DNA of 58,963 nucleotides. Origin: Craspedostauros australis. Its lineage: Eukaryota. The stretch's first letter is position 1. Each line of letters begins with the position of its first letter. The DNA lies in contig JALAGF010001426.1 in NCBI GenBank assembly GCA_030167865.1, forward strand, positions 1 through 58,963. Reading direction: 5' to 3'. Positions 58,361-58,963 of the stretch are shown here, one piece after another. A model generated the notes under the pieces. It worked only from the letters and a program-made list of their open reading frames with translations, was not told the DNA's origin and ran no database searches. A program made the translations under genes and the position numbers.

Positions 58361-58836
58361 CACACCCCACCAGAAGGCAGGAGGAACTTTGCTCCGACGG
58401 GAAGCGACCATCACGTCGGAGATGAGCAGAATCGACTCAGCTCGCTGAGGTGAAACGTCCAGGCCGCGCTATCCGCTCACAGGACCGACCATCATTGCGG
58501 CTCCAAAACGCCACACAACGGAGCGAAAGCCTCGCACACCAACCACCAAGACGCACAAAGTGGTAGCACAGGCGGCAAAGACGCCGCGGTTTCCATCCGC
58601 CAGGGAGCCAAGAACGCACCAGCGTCGTTTGCCGATCCAGTTCCTCCGTTTCCGCAACTCCAACCAACCCACACCATCATACGTACGAGCAGAAGCTGCT
58701 CCGCGCGTGCTCGTATCCCACCACAATTCTCAACATCGAGACCAAAACAGGACCATCAGGAGAGACGGGCAAACCATAGCAGCAGCATTTGTATGGACCT
58801 AAGAGTGCGCAGGTATTACATTACGAATTCTAGAAC

Positions 58837-58878
58837 AATACCATACTGTTGTATTGCATAATACCATACTATTGTACT
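58837..58878. repeat. About 23-bp imperfect tandem duplication
   Basis: aataccatactgttgtattgcat followed by aataccatactattgtact. Confidence 0.75.
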
Positions 58879-58963
58879 CCAGCACGAGCGCAGGCGCCAT
58901 CAACATGACCACAATTGCTGAGCACAAGCACAAGGACGCGACCTCCATTCCTGAATTCGAGAG

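Noticed and set aside
1-58963. CRISPR arrays, rRNA/tRNA genes, prokaryotic operon features
   Set aside because: No regularly spaced repeat-spacer units or structural RNA signatures seen; gene structure is eukaryotic.

Overview
This is eukaryotic nuclear DNA, almost certainly from a diatom or close ochrophyte relative. The evidence is GT-AG spliceosomal introns, many bipartite signal-plus-transit leaders with ASA-FAP-type cleavage motifs, and domain types typical of diatoms; the species cannot be named from sequence alone. I can support 18 protein-coding genes, 7 of them with reconstructable introns (8 introns, 202-756 nt). They are three paralogous AAAP/Aa_trans amino-acid transporters, two CRAL-TRIO-like fusion proteins, a rhodanese, a 4xShKT secreted protein, an EF-hand membrane protein, a degenerate 2H-phosphoesterase-like protein, a tandem CREG protein, a type I membrane protein, a GRAM-like protein, an LSMT-like SET protein, a patatin, an NTF2-like protein, a large multi-TM protein, plastid ClpP, a 2OG-Fe(II) oxygenase-like protein and a glycosyltransferase. 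Three gene-poor tracts and a probable transposon relic are also present. No rRNA, tRNA or CRISPR was seen. Two candidates stand out as possibly undescribed systems. (1) The three clustered amino-acid transporters each carry a different type of N-terminal leader, which may place them in different membranes of the four-membrane plastid as a relay. (2) Sec14/CRAL-TRIO lipid-binding domains are fused to two different putative DNA-binding modules, suggesting one-component lipid-sensing regulators. All family calls come from recognising motifs by eye; no database search was run.
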